Counted from the first letter of the stretch, positions 46,601-56,643 are shown. The stretch is DNA of 64,000 nt from an uncultured Granulosicoccus sp. (GCA_965367215.1 CBDUIJ010000001.1:1901-65900); one strand, 5' to 3'. Notes: generated from the sequence alone by a model not told the origin. Program-made: numbers and translations.

Positions 46601-48079
46601 CTACTGAAAGGCAGTTTCGAAAAAGCTTCTGAGTTTTCTCGAATGCAGCCGCTCGGACTTCATTTCGCTGAGTTTCCGAAGAGCCAGCATGCCGATTTCC
46701 AGATGTTGTGATACCTGGTTCTGGTAGAACTCCGATGCCATGCCGGGTAGTTTCAGTTCGCCCTGCAAGGGTTTGTCGCTGACGCAGAGGAGGGTGCCAT
46801 ACGGCACTCTCAGCCTGAAACCGTTGGCCGCAATGGTTGCCGACTCCATGTCCAGGGCGATGGCTCTGGACTGCGACAGGCGTCTTACCGGTTCTCTCTG
46901 ATCCTGGAGCTCCCAGTTGCGGTTGTCGATGGAGGCGACGGTGCCGGTACGCATGATGCGTTTCAGTTCGTAGCCGTCCAGCCCTGTTACTTCCGCCACG
47001 GCGCCTTCAAGCGCCTGTTGCACTTCGGCCAATGCCGGAATAGGCACCCATACCGGAATGTCGGCATCGAGCACCTTGTCTTCACGTACGTAGGCGTGAG
47101 CAAGGACATAGTCGCCCAGTTCCTGAGAATTCCTCAGTCCGGCGCAATGGCCGAGCATCAGCCAGGCGTGAGGTCGCAGCACGGCAATGTGGTCGGTAAT
47201 GGTTTTCGCATTGGACGGGCCCACACCGATGTTGACCATCGTGATGCCTTTCTGTTTGCCGGCTTTGAGATGGTAGGACGGCATCTGGGGCTGGCGCGTA
47301 GGTGGTGTGCCTGAGCTGGGTTCCGATTCGCCGTTGAGGGTGATCACATTGCCCGGCTCCACAAAGGACTCATAGCCTGTATCACCCTTGCGCATCATGT
47401 CGCGCGCCAGGCGGCAGAATTCGTCGATATAGAACTGATAGTTGGTGAACAGAACATAGTTCTGGAAGTGCTCGGGAGCGGTCGCCGTGTAGTGCACCAG
47501 GCGGTGCAGGGAGTAGTCGATTCGCTGCGCCGGGAATGGCGCCAATGGCAGTGCCAGTCCGGGTTCGATTTCGTGTGTGCCGTTGACGATGTAGTCGTTG
47601 ACTTGCGCAATGTCCGGAACGTCGAAGGCATCTCGCAGCGCGACCGTAATCTTCTGGGGGCGGTGGACCGCCAGTGCGGAGCCCGACTCCAATGCGAAAT
47701 GCAGGGGGATGGGAACATCGGATTCAGCGATTTCAACCGGTTCTGCATGATTCTCGATCAGCAGGCTGAGCTGGTGAATGAGATAACCGCGAAACAGGCG
47801 AGGCTGAGTAATGGTGGTGGTGTACAGGCCGGGTTGATCAACGTGGCCGTAGGACAGACGCGAATCCACACGCGCATAGGTACTGTTGCGAAAGCGGATT
47901 TCAGGGTAGAAGGCGCGGTGCTTGTTGTCGGGCAGGCTGCCAGTCAGATACTGGGCAAAGGCGTCTGCGAGAAAGGCCGTATTGCGATCGTAGAGAGCGA
48001 TCAGGCAATCGACTGCTTCAGTGGCATCCGTGAAACTTGCCGAGGCTTGTGGGGGTGGGGTCGTCTGTTGTTCTGTCAT
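46601..48079 (-). CDS. amn: AMP nucleosidase
   Basis: From MTEQQTT. It is colinear with E. coli Amn from memory (LFTNYQFYIDEF, MVNIGVGPSNAKTITDHIAVLRPHAWLMLGHCAGL, IALDMESATIAANG, LHSRKLRSF). Confidence 0.92.
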   Translation of the reverse strand: MTEQQTTPPPQASASFTDATEAVDCLIALYDRNTAFLADAFAQYLTGSLPDNKHRAFYPEIRFRNSTYARVDSRLSYGHVDQPGLYTTTITQPRLFRGYLIHQLSLLIENHAEPVEIAESDVPIPLHFALESGSALAVHRPQKITVALRDAFDVPDIAQVNDYIVNGTHEIEPGLALPLAPFPAQRIDYSLHRLVHYTATAPEHFQNYVLFTNYQFYIDEFCRLARDMMRKGDTGYESFVEPGNVITLNGESEPSSGTPPTRQPQMPSYHLKAGKQKGITMVNIGVGPSNAKTITDHIAVLRPHAWLMLGHCAGLRNSQELGDYVLAHAYVREDKVLDADIPVWVPIPALAEVQQALEGAVAEVTGLDGYELKRIMRTGTVASIDNRNWELQDQREPVRRLSQSRAIALDMESATIAANGFRLRVPYGTLLCVSDKPLQGELKLPGMASEFYQNQVSQHLEIGMLALRKLSEMKSERLHSRKLRSFFETAFQ

Positions 48080-48124
48080 TGCAGCTCCGTTCGAATTCTT
48101 GAGCAACGATATCATGCCTGTACG

Positions 48125-49369
48125 TCAGGTCCTGTCCGAGTAACGCAGGTACAAGGCCGCGAGCACAGCAGCTGGCAGATAGAGATACTGTAGTAGTTGA
48201 TCATGCGGCAGCGGTATGACAAGCAATACAACAGCGAGCAATGAAAATGCGATGCCCAGCCAGAACTGGGAGCTGTAGCTTTTCACCAGCAGGTAGGACT
48301 GGCTGCCGCTTCCCCTGGCAACGTCGAAAAAACGCTTGTTGAAGGCCAGCCGGAAAAAGGATGAAAAGAAGGTAATGAGGATCAGGGCTATCCACAGACT
48401 GGGCCCCCCGGAGTCTCCATCCAGTGTGAAGCGCAATAGCCAGGAGCCGACATACAGCCAGACAGCTGCCCGATAAACCTGTCGTGACGCCAGCTGATCG
48501 ATACGGTTCTTGATCAGGTAGAAGAGGGCGGCAAACACCAGGGCCAGTACGACCACGGCAAGACCCAGTCGACCGAAATCTTCCTGCACAACGAGGAACA
48601 GTGTCAGCGTCCAGAAATGGCTTTCCAGATAGAGAAACAGTCCATCGACCGCAAACGCAGGTCGGGACCCGCGTTCATCCCGGAAGGCAAGGCTGCCGAA
48701 CAGGGACGCTGCACCAGTATCGCGCTCGGATGACAGCCGTTTCTGGCCGGGTTGCTTGCCCGCCAGGTGCAGATTGGCGACCAGGCTTGTGCCTGCGGAC
48801 AGAGCCAGCAGCCAGACGAAACCGCCGGTCTCCAGTAGCAGGCCGCCGAGCAGGATACCGACTTTCAGAAACACCATGACGAAGATCTGGAAGTTGCCGT
48901 ACTGGCGTCCACTATCGTTTTCGCCAAGCTGTTGCAGAAACAGCGTGCGTTGTGTGGTCCAGAAGAATGCGTTGTAGAGGCCGTTGCAGAGGCCGAGCAC
49001 GGCCGCAGCGAACACCATGGCCGGCGTCGATATCGCATGGCTGGCGCCGGGCGGCGTGAACAGGGCCGCGCCGGGTACGGTCGTCAGCAGGCCGACCGCA
49101 GCAAGCAGCATCAATTCAAGCACAAAGGTCAGGGTGATCAGGTGTTTCAGGTGCCAGCGGCGAGCCAGCTTCTGCCACAGGCCGAGCGCCGCTGCGAAGC
49201 TGAGCCCGGATACGCCAATCAGCAGGGACAGGCCGGCAAGATCAAGCCCGTGTTGCCACAGGTACACGGGCAGGAAGAACGGCAGCAAGCCGATCAATAA
49301 TGAATGGGCACCCAGAAACAGGTAGAAGTAGCCCGGGCCAGAGTTGGCGGCCGGTAATCTCATTCCCAT
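48125..49369 (-). CDS. MFS-like polytopic membrane transporter
   Basis: 414 aa, with about 12 hydrophobic segments throughout. It has a basic loop after TM2 (WQKLARRWHLKH). No substrate assignment is possible. Confidence 0.65.
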   Translation of the reverse strand: MGMRLPAANSGPGYFYLFLGAHSLLIGLLPFFLPVYLWQHGLDLAGLSLLIGVSGLSFAAALGLWQKLARRWHLKHLITLTFVLELMLLAAVGLLTTVPGAALFTPPGASHAISTPAMVFAAAVLGLCNGLYNAFFWTTQRTLFLQQLGENDSGRQYGNFQIFVMVFLKVGILLGGLLLETGGFVWLLALSAGTSLVANLHLAGKQPGQKRLSSERDTGAASLFGSLAFRDERGSRPAFAVDGLFLYLESHFWTLTLFLVVQEDFGRLGLAVVVLALVFAALFYLIKNRIDQLASRQVYRAAVWLYVGSWLLRFTLDGDSGGPSLWIALILITFFSSFFRLAFNKRFFDVARGSGSQSYLLVKSYSSQFWLGIAFSLLAVVLLVIPLPHDQLLQYLYLPAAVLAALYLRYSDRT

Positions 49370-49439
49370 GGGGTCAGCCTGCCAACCGTGTGATCGTCAG
49401 CTGGTGCGCAAGGCACGATGGTTGGCAACGGTTGCGGAG

Positions 49440-50348
49440 TCAGTAGATGTCGGAGTCCGCGACCACCAGAGAGTCCATTTCCTGATAGAAATCATCCAGA
49501 TTCTCACGCTCGCCATAACGCGGCGCGCTGTGCATGCGCGTATAGGGGCGGGAATTGACTTCAAGGAAGATGCAGCGCTGCTCGCGGTAATCCTTCTCGA
49601 TACCCTCTTCGAAAATGACGTCGATGCCGAAGAGCTTGGCGTCGAAGGCCTTGATGACTTTCAGGAAGAGTTCGCGATTCGCCTCGGGGATGGTTGACTG
49701 GTCGATGATCTCGATGACGCCGCCAGGTGCCAGTGCCACTCGATTGAAGGTGTAGACGCGCTCACCCTCGGCCGGCACGCTGTCGAGTGTCTTGCCATGG
49801 CGTCGCAGATAATCGACGGTTGTCTGTGACTTCGGTATGGGGTGAACCGTCGGGTACAGGCCCATTTTTTCACGCGTGGCGTTTTCAGCATCAATCAGGG
49901 TGCTGATGGAATCCTTGCCATTGCCATCGACGAACGGAGGGTAGCGGCGAATGACGGATACCAGTGAGTCACCGGTAGCCAGAACCCGGTAGTTGGCGCC
50001 AAGCAGATATTGTTCGACAATGCTGGTGGGCCACCAGACCTTGACCAGCAAGGCGGCTTTCCACAGTTCCCGGTAGTTGTTGATCGGGAAATGACTGCCA
50101 CGGGAAAATCCGCTGACATTGGGCTTGATGCACAGAGGGAAGCCATGTTCTCTGGCAAACAGATGCGCTTTCCAGGGATTCAGAAACAGAGTGCCACGGG
50201 CATGGGGAATGTCATGCCGGGCAAACATTTCGCGAGCCTGCCTTTTGGAACGGCTGGCTTTTCTGACTTGTAATGAGTTGTAGTTGCTACAGCCAGCCAT
50301 GTACTTCTGGCTGACCCAGCTATAAATCAGCGCTTTGATTGATTTCAC
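49440..50348 (-). CDS. Stand-alone ATP-grasp ligase resembling the G (ATP-grasp) domain of cyanophycin synthetase
   Basis: 302 aa. These segments follow the order of the CphA ATP-grasp domain as I recall it: FPLCIKPNVSGFSRG, IVEQYLLGANYRVLATGDSLVSVIRRYPPFVDGNGKDSISTLIDAEN, LDSVPAEGERV, LFGIDVIF and IFLEVNSRPYTRMHSAP. There is no Mur-ligase-like M domain. The GTG start overlaps the upstream stop (GTGA). Confidence 0.65.
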   Translation of the reverse strand: MKSIKALIYSWVSQKYMAGCSNYNSLQVRKASRSKRQAREMFARHDIPHARGTLFLNPWKAHLFAREHGFPLCIKPNVSGFSRGSHFPINNYRELWKAALLVKVWWPTSIVEQYLLGANYRVLATGDSLVSVIRRYPPFVDGNGKDSISTLIDAENATREKMGLYPTVHPIPKSQTTVDYLRRHGKTLDSVPAEGERVYTFNRVALAPGGVIEIIDQSTIPEANRELFLKVIKAFDAKLFGIDVIFEEGIEKDYREQRCIFLEVNSRPYTRMHSAPRYGERENLDDFYQEMDSLVVADSDIY

Positions 50349-51220
50349 GGTTGTATGTAGTGCTCGCCGATCTTGGGCGTTGTATTGTTGGTAGTGACGG
50401 TGCTGGTCGCGCGGGATTTTCCACGGCCGTACAACATCATGCGGGCAAAGATTGGCTGGGGGTTTTCCACCGGGGTGATCATTCGGGTGGCCTTTGCCAG
50501 GCTCATCATGGCAGAGCGGATGAATTTCCAGCGCTGTTCCCAGCTGTAGTCGCGATCCAGCAGGTTGATGGGCATCGGCAGGAACAGGTTGATCTCGATG
50601 ACATGGAAGTTGCCGGCAACCAGCTCTTCATTGGAATCGGCTCTGACACTCATTCGGCTGATGCCGAACTCTCCAACCTGAGACAGGTAAGCTGCCACGA
50701 TATCCTGTTGTTCTGCAGAGAACTGATTGCTGATATCGACATAGCGCGTATGCAGGTTGTTCTTGCTGTTGATCGGGAATTGTTCGCGATCGTTGACCGC
50801 TTCGGTAATGGTCAGAACATCGTGCTTGCCGTCACTGCGATTGGCATCGATGCTGAATATCTCGTACTCACGCTTGCCGGGGGCTGCTTGCTGAATCAGA
50901 TAGCGCTGGGGCTCTGAACGCAGGGAGGCCCGCAGTCGGACCAGCTGCTCGGCATCATCCACGCGGTGTATGCCATGCGCGTTCTGACCCCATTCGGGTT
51001 TCAGGAATACCGGGTAGGTCGTGGGTATGACCGCATCAGAATCGATGCTCTGCGGCAGACGCCAGCGATCCGGAATCAGCGCATCCAGTGAAAGCTTCGA
51101 AAAGATGCCGTGTTCGGCCGAAAAATAGCGTGCATTGAGCTGCCAGTATCGCCAGGGCGCGGTACCTGTGCGCGCGCAGCACAGGATGTAGGTTACAACC
51201 ATGATTATGGTGATATGCAT
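50345..51220 (-). CDS. Second, divergent ATP-grasp-like ligase
   Basis: 291 aa. YPVFLKPEWGQNAHGIHRVDDAEQL, RYLIQQAAPGKREYEIFSI and FHVIEINLF (E-x-N) match the ATP-grasp core order. The N-terminus is hydrophobic. Confidence 0.5.
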   Translation of the reverse strand: MHITIIMVVTYILCCARTGTAPWRYWQLNARYFSAEHGIFSKLSLDALIPDRWRLPQSIDSDAVIPTTYPVFLKPEWGQNAHGIHRVDDAEQLVRLRASLRSEPQRYLIQQAAPGKREYEIFSIDANRSDGKHDVLTITEAVNDREQFPINSKNNLHTRYVDISNQFSAEQQDIVAAYLSQVGEFGISRMSVRADSNEELVAGNFHVIEINLFLPMPINLLDRDYSWEQRWKFIRSAMMSLAKATRMITPVENPQPIFARMMLYGRGKSRATSTVTTNNTTPKIGEHYIQP

Positions 51221-51478
51221 GTCGACCTACTACTGACTCCGTGGTACTTGGGCAGAAATCCCGCAACTCGCAATATTACAGTGTCATGGTATGTCACTGC
51301 CACTGCCTGGAGGCTCTGGCGGCTTGCAATATCGTTACCCGACGTAAAATTGTAGATACTCGATCTCATTGGCGGTTGTGAGCCGTTTGAGCCGGGAAGG
51401 TTCCGTTGTGGGGATGATCCGGTTATTTCAGGGCGAGGCTAACGTGACTGCAGTCTCATCGTTCGGGGATTGCAATAT

Positions 51479-52027
51479 TCACCGCGGGTTCAACTCTGGC
51501 AGGCTGATGGTCAATTCACCGCGACGGTGCAACAGCTCGTAGTGTCGCAGAAAGTTCATGCCCAGTAAGGCCGTGTTGCCCTCCAGGCCCGGGTTGATGT
51601 GCGCTGTCACGTTATATTGAGTGAAAGGGCCGATGGTGAGCTTGTCGAGCTGTGTCCGATAGACTCGGGTGCTGCCATTGGCTGTCATGACGTCGAAGGG
51701 CCTGCCTTGCGGCAGGTTCATGGTTCTCGCCACCACGCCGGGTATGCTGATTCCCGAGGCGCCTGTATCGATCAGGAACAAGACTTCTTCGTCATTGGCG
51801 CTACCGCTGAGTGCGAACTGGCCGTACCGGTCGGCTTTCAGAACCAGTGTTTGCCGGCCGCTACCGTCACTTGACCATTGCGGGGCCTTGTCAGCCTTTC
51901 GGGCGTCCAGCCAGCCTTGTGCCAGCCATGTGCCGCCACCCAGAACCAGTACCCAGAGCAGGGCGATCATCACGCCTGCGATGCGGTGACTCTCATCATG
52001 TGTCGAATCTGGCTTGCTATCTGACAT
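51479..52027 (-). CDS. Membrane-anchored retropepsin-like (clan AA) aspartic protease
   Basis: 182 aa. It has an N-terminal TM helix (IAGVMIALLWVLVLGGGTWLA), then FLIDTGASGISIP (D-T-G-A) and LLGMNFL. This resembles the TIGR02281-type family from memory. Confidence 0.75.
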   Translation of the reverse strand: MSDSKPDSTHDESHRIAGVMIALLWVLVLGGGTWLAQGWLDARKADKAPQWSSDGSGRQTLVLKADRYGQFALSGSANDEEVLFLIDTGASGISIPGVVARTMNLPQGRPFDVMTANGSTRVYRTQLDKLTIGPFTQYNVTAHINPGLEGNTALLGMNFLRHYELLHRRGELTISLPELNPR

Positions 52028-52050
52028 TGCATCCCAAAATTGGGTAGAAT
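52021..52050 (+). promoter_or_regulatory. Predicted sigma70 promoter of the EF-G paralog
   Basis: CTGACA (52021-52026), an 18-nt spacer, then TAGAAT (52045-52050). The -10 and downstream 11 nt nearly repeat the rplM promoter. Confidence 0.4.
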
Positions 52051-52251
52051 TGTGGGTTTACCGCGTCAGGCATCTTCTCGAACCATTTTGCGTCTGATTC
52101 ACGGCACCGATGGCAAGCAGTCAACTGCGAGTCATCGGCCAGTGATCAGGGTATCGGGTTTCGGAGGCTTAACCTGTAGCGGGTCCCAGCAAGGTAACGT
52201 CCGGGTTAGAACAAGACACCGGGCCATTAATCCCAGACCGTGAGCACCAAG

Positions 52252-54336
52252 ATGACTGAGCTTTCACACTACCGCAACATCGGCATTTTTGCCCACGTTG
52301 ATGCGGGCAAAACCACAACCACAGAGCGTATCCTGAAGCTCACGGGCAAGATTCACAAGACCGGTGAAGTTCATGATGGCGAAGCCACCACTGACTTCAT
52401 GGCACAGGAGCAAGAGCGCGGTATAACTATCCAGTCGGCTGCTACCAGCTGTGAATGGGATGGTCACCGGTTCAACGTCATCGATACTCCGGGACACGTT
52501 GACTTCACCATCGAAGTGTACCGTTCACTGAAAGTACTCGACGGCGGCGTCGGTGTCTTCTGCGGTTCCGGTGGTGTAGAGCCACAATCCGAAACAAACT
52601 GGCGCTATGCCAACGAATCAGAAGTTGCACGAATCATCTTCGTCAACAAGCTGGATCGTATGGGTGCCGATTTCTATCGCGTCGTCAAGCAGGTCAAGGA
52701 CGTTCTGGCCGCACGCCCATTGGTCATGGTCCTGCCTATCGGCACGGAAGATGACTTCGTTGGCGTGGTCGATCTGCTGACTGAAAAAGCCTGGGTCTGG
52801 GATGATTCCGGAAACCCGGAGAACTATTCCATCGAAGAAGTGCCTGCCGATATGGTCGAGCTGGTTGCCAAGTACCGCGAAGAGCTGGTTGAAAGCGCCC
52901 TGGAAATGGACGATGAAGCCATGGAGAAGTACTTCGAAGGTGAAGAGCCGGATATCGAAACCCTGCAGCGCTGCATTCGCAAGGGCACTATCGACCTTGT
53001 CTGGTTTCCTACGTTCTGTGGATCCGCGTTCAAGAACAAGGGCATGCAGCCCATGCTCGACGGCGTTGTTGCCTACCTGCCAAGCCCGACCGAAGTCAAG
53101 CCACAGCCTGAAGTCGATCTGGAAGGTGTTGAAACCGGTGAATTCGCCATCGTTGATCCGAACAAGCCTTTGCGTGCATTGGCGTTCAAGATCATGGATG
53201 ACCGTTACGGTGCACTGACCTTCATTCGTATCTACTCCGGAAAGATTGCCAAGGGCGATACCGTCCTCAACACCTTTACGGGCAAGACCGAGCGAATTGG
53301 TCGAATCGTGGAAATGAACGCTGAAGATCGCATCGAGCGTGATTCTGCACAGGCTGGCGACATCGTTGCTGTTCTGGGCATGAAGAACGTGCAGACGGGT
53401 CACACACTGGCTGATCCCAAGCATCCTGCCACGCTCGAGCCAATGGTATTTCCTGATCCGGTCATCTCCATCTCGGTTTCACCCATCGACAAGGCGGGTT
53501 CCGAGAAGCTGGGTGTGGCCATCGGCAAGATGGTTGCAGAAGATCCTTCATTCCGCGTCATGACTGACGAAGAAAGTGGTGAGACCATCCTCATGGGAAT
53601 GGGCGAGCTGCATCTGGACATCAAGATCGACATCCTGAAGCGTACTCACGGTGTTGAAGTTGAAGTCGGCAAGCCTCAGGTGGCCTACCGTGAAACCATC
53701 ACGCAGGTTATCGAAGATACCTACACGCACAAGAAGCAGTCTGGTGGTTCTGGTCAGTACGGTCGTATCGACTACACCATCGAGCCTGGCGAGCCAGGTA
53801 CCGGTTTCGAATTCGAATCCAAGGTCACAGGCGGTAACGTTCCTCGCGAATACTGGCCAGCGGTCGAGAAGGGCTTCAAGTTGTCCATGCATGAAGGTGT
53901 CCTCGCGGGCTACCCACTGCTCGACTTCCGCGTCGTACTGAAAGACGGTGCCTTCCACGCAGTTGACTCCAGTGCGCTGGCGTTTGAAATTGCTGCCAAG
54001 GGTGCTTATCGTCAGTCGATTCCGAAGGCAGGTCCTCAGATCATCGAGCCGGTCATGAAGGTGGATGTGTTCACACCTGAAGATCACGTGGGTGATGTCA
54101 TCGGTGACCTCAACCGTCGTCGTGGCATGATCAAGTCGCAGGAGCCGGGTGCAACAGGTGTCCGCATCAAGGCAGATGTGCCTTTGTCAGAGATGTTTGG
54201 CTACATCGGTGATCTGCGTACCATGACTTCCGGTCGTGGCCAGTTCTCCATGGAGTTCAGCCACTACAACGCATGCCCCAAGAACGTGGCAGACGTGGTC
54301 ATCAAGGAAGCTCAGGAACGCAAGGCGGCGAAGTAA
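52252..54336 (+). CDS. fusA: Elongation factor G (stand-alone paralog, outside the str operon)
   Basis: From the ATG at 52252 (the track ORF begins at a GTG at 52240). It has G1 [16 protein letters not shown]3 DTPGHVDF and G4 NKLDR. Length is about 694 aa. Confidence 0.93.
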   Translation: MTELSHYRNIGIFAHVDAGKTTTTERILKLTGKIHKTGEVHDGEATTDFMAQEQERGITIQSAATSCEWDGHRFNVIDTPGHVDFTIEVYRSLKVLDGGVGVFCGSGGVEPQSETNWRYANESEVARIIFVNKLDRMGADFYRVVKQVKDVLAARPLVMVLPIGTEDDFVGVVDLLTEKAWVWDDSGNPENYSIEEVPADMVELVAKYREELVESALEMDDEAMEKYFEGEEPDIETLQRCIRKGTIDLVWFPTFCGSAFKNKGMQPMLDGVVAYLPSPTEVKPQPEVDLEGVETGEFAIVDPNKPLRALAFKIMDDRYGALTFIRIYSGKIAKGDTVLNTFTGKTERIGRIVEMNAEDRIERDSAQAGDIVAVLGMKNVQTGHTLADPKHPATLEPMVFPDPVISISVSPIDKAGSEKLGVAIGKMVAEDPSFRVMTDEESGETILMGMGELHLDIKIDILKRTHGVEVEVGKPQVAYRETITQVIEDTYTHKKQSGGSGQYGRIDYTIEPGEPGTGFEFESKVTGGNVPREYWPAVEKGFKLSMHEGVLAGYPLLDFRVVLKDGAFHAVDSSALAFEIAAKGAYRQSIPKAGPQIIEPVMKVDVFTPEDHVGDVIGDLNRRRGMIKSQEPGATGVRIKADVPLSEMFGYIGDLRTMTSGRGQFSMEFSHYNACPKNVADVVIKEAQERKAAK

Positions 54337-54363
54337 TCAGCCGTAACGTTTTGGTGAGATGAG

Positions 54364-54392
54364 AGGCGCCCCGAGAGGGGCGCCTTTTTTTT
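54364..54392 (+). terminator. Rho-independent terminator after fusA
   Basis: AGGCGCCCC, loop GAGA, GGGGCGCCT, followed by a T8 run. Confidence 0.85.
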
Positions 54393-54454
54393 GTCCGCTG
54401 ATCAGGCTGTCTGGAGCGGCGTGGCCAGGCTCGCAACGAGTTTTTGCGAGACTC

Positions 54455-55534
54455 TCAGAAATCGATGATGGACGCTTTCAATGCCTTGGCCACCGCATGC
54501 AGGCGGTTGGCAGCGTTCAGCTTGCGGGTGGCGTTTCGCAGATGGTAGATGATGGTGCTTTCCGTCACTCCGAGTATCTGGCTGATTTCCCAGGAAGTCT
54601 TGCCTTTGGCAGCCCAGTTCAGGCATTCGCGTTCCCGGGCGCTGATATGGCTGTCTCCGACAGCATCGCCGGTCTTTTCATTCCTGTCGCGAACGCTGTG
54701 GCGTGACACGACCCGTGGTTGGCTGAGGCTCGGGTCATCGTCTTCTGCGGAACGTGTGTTGACGTTGTTGATCAGGTTCATGACACGCTGAGCTGCGCTC
54801 TGGCCCACATGGGCAAGGGGCAGGTGCATGGTGCTCAGAGCGGGGCGCGTATGGGCTGCCTCGTAATGATCTCCGCAGCCGATCAGTGAAATGTCGTCAG
54901 GGACACGAATGCCGTTTTCCTGGCAAACGCGCAAGGCGCCAATCGCCATTCGATCATTGAGCAGGAAAATGGCGGTCGGTGTCACCTTGGAGGCCAGCAG
55001 GATATTCATGGCGCTGGCTCCACCTTCTTCGTCCATGGACGATTCCAGCGTCTGTAATTTCACGTCACGCCCCTGAGGGCTGTTGATGGGCTGCATGAAG
55101 CCTTCGACGACATGCTGGATACTGAAACGGTAGAGCGGGCCGGACACCAGGGCGATACGCCTGTGACCTGTCTTCAGCAGGTGAGCTGCCGCCAGTTTGC
55201 CGGTCTGCGTGTTGTGAACATTGGCCAGGACCACATTCTTGCGCGTGCTGATCAAACGCGCCAGCTGATCGTTGGACAGGCAGTCCGAGTGGAGAATGAT
55301 TCCGTCACAGGCACTGCGAGAGAGAATATGCCAGGCAGTCTTCTCTGCACGCATGCTGCGCCCGGCCGATACCACCACGGTTTCGAAGCCGTTGGCCTCG
55401 AGTTTGGCGACGGCCGCGTCTACCAATGGTGCCAGACTGGAGGCGCCTGTGAGTTCAGCCATGATGCCAACCCGCCGGCTGGTGGGGGGCAGAAGTCTGT
55501 CAGACATCACGGAATCAGTGGCCTGCAGGTACAC
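54455..55534 (-). CDS. Hybrid regulator: LacI/PBP-type ligand-binding core with a C-terminal LuxR/GerE HTH
   Basis: The LacI-type sugar-binding core pattern is present (DGIILHS, RRIALVSGP, AIFLLNDRMAIGALRVCQENGIRVPDDISLIGCGD), but there is no N-terminal LacI HTH. The C-terminus ISARERECLNWAAKGKTSWEISQILGVTESTIIYHLRNATRKL is a LuxR-type HTH. The start is uncertain. Confidence 0.7.
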   Translation of the reverse strand: MYLQATDSVMSDRLLPPTSRRVGIMAELTGASSLAPLVDAAVAKLEANGFETVVVSAGRSMRAEKTAWHILSRSACDGIILHSDCLSNDQLARLISTRKNVVLANVHNTQTGKLAAAHLLKTGHRRIALVSGPLYRFSIQHVVEGFMQPINSPQGRDVKLQTLESSMDEEGGASAMNILLASKVTPTAIFLLNDRMAIGALRVCQENGIRVPDDISLIGCGDHYEAAHTRPALSTMHLPLAHVGQSAAQRVMNLINNVNTRSAEDDDPSLSQPRVVSRHSVRDRNEKTGDAVGDSHISARERECLNWAAKGKTSWEISQILGVTESTIIYHLRNATRKLNAANRLHAVAKALKASIIDF

Positions 55535-55659
55535 GAAGGGGGGTAGATTGCCGGTTGTGAGCGTTCAGATTATTTTTAACCGCAGAACCTTCCATGTGGG
55601 TGCCTGTGCGTTGCTGTACGTGTAGGATAACGTCTTTATCAAGCACATTGCCCGGTACC

Positions 55660-56643
55660 ATGCTCGACTCCACACTAAACGATGCGTCAGATAACCTTCT
55701 GCTACCCGATACAACGGTTTCCGTCAGGGAAGTCTTCGGGCTGGACGTTGACCTCATGGTACCTGCCTACTCGAATCATACCGAGCGGGTGCCTGATATA
55801 GACCCATCCTATCTGTTTGATTTCCGCACGACAATGGCCATCCTGTCGGGCTTTGCCAATGACTGGCGAGTGCTGATCTCGGGATTCCACGGAACGGGTA
55901 AATCCACCCATATCGAACAGGTGGCTGCCAGGTTGAACTGGCCCTGTCTGCGAATCAATCTCGACAGTCACGTCAGCCGCATCGATCTGATCGGCAAGGA
56001 TGCAATCGTGCTGCGAGATGGCAAGCAGGTGACGGAATTTCAGGATGGCATCCTGCCCTGGGCCTACCAGCGCAATGTTGCTCTGGTTTTCGATGAATAC
56101 GATGCCGGACGTCCTGATGTGATGTTTGTCATTCAGCGCGTGCTGGAGTCCTCCGGTCAACTGACTCTGCTCGATCAGAGCCGGGTGATCAAGCCGCATC
56201 CGGCGTTTCGTTTCTTTGCCACGGCCAATACGGTCGGTCTGGGCGATACGACCGGCCTCTATCATGGCACCCAGCAGATCAATCAGGCACAGATGGATCG
56301 TTGGTCCGTGACAACCATTCTCAACTACCTGCCACCGGATCAGGAAGCCAAGGTGGTGCTGGCCAAGGCGCCGCATCTGCAGGACGAGGCTGGTGAGAAA
56401 CTGGTCCATCAGATGGTTGCACTGGCTGGTCTGACCCGCAGCGCATTTCGCAACGGCGATCTGGCGACGGTCATGAGTCCGCGGACGGTCATTACCTGGA
56501 CCCAGAACCTGACCTTCTTCAAGGATGTCGGACTGGCTCTCGAGTTGGCTTTCGTCAACAAGTGCGATCCGGCCGAGCGCGCATTGCTCGGTGAACTGTA
56601 TCAGCGTGTCTTTGGTGAGGAGCTTCCGGACATTGGCGTCTGA
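55660..56643 (+). CDS. cobS: CobS-type AAA+ ATPase (aerobic cobaltochelatase small subunit family)
   Basis: From the ATG at 55660. It has [18 protein letters not shown], Walker [10 protein letters not shown] and Walker B LVFDEYD. Size is about 327 aa. Confidence 0.82.
   Translation: MLDSTLNDASDNLLLPDTTVSVREVFGLDVDLMVPAYSNHTERVPDIDPSYLFDFRTTMAILSGFANDWRVLISGFHGTGKSTHIEQVAARLNWPCLRINLDSHVSRIDLIGKDAIVLRDGKQVTEFQDGILPWAYQRNVALVFDEYDAGRPDVMFVIQRVLESSGQLTLLDQSRVIKPHPAFRFFATANTVGLGDTTGLYHGTQQINQAQMDRWSVTTILNYLPPDQEAKVVLAKAPHLQDEAGEKLVHQMVALAGLTRSAFRNGDLATVMSPRTVITWTQNLTFFKDVGLALELAFVNKCDPAERALLGELYQRVFGEELPDIGV

Noticed and set aside
51205-51369. A 54-codon minus-strand ORF (MRSSIYNFTSGNDIASRQ...) in the protease/ATP-grasp gap, as a possible graspetide-type precursor peptide.
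   Set aside because: It has no SD sequence, runs into the ATP-grasp gene in another frame, and has no recognisable Thr/Ser plus Asp/Glu core repeat. It cannot be supported without conservation data.
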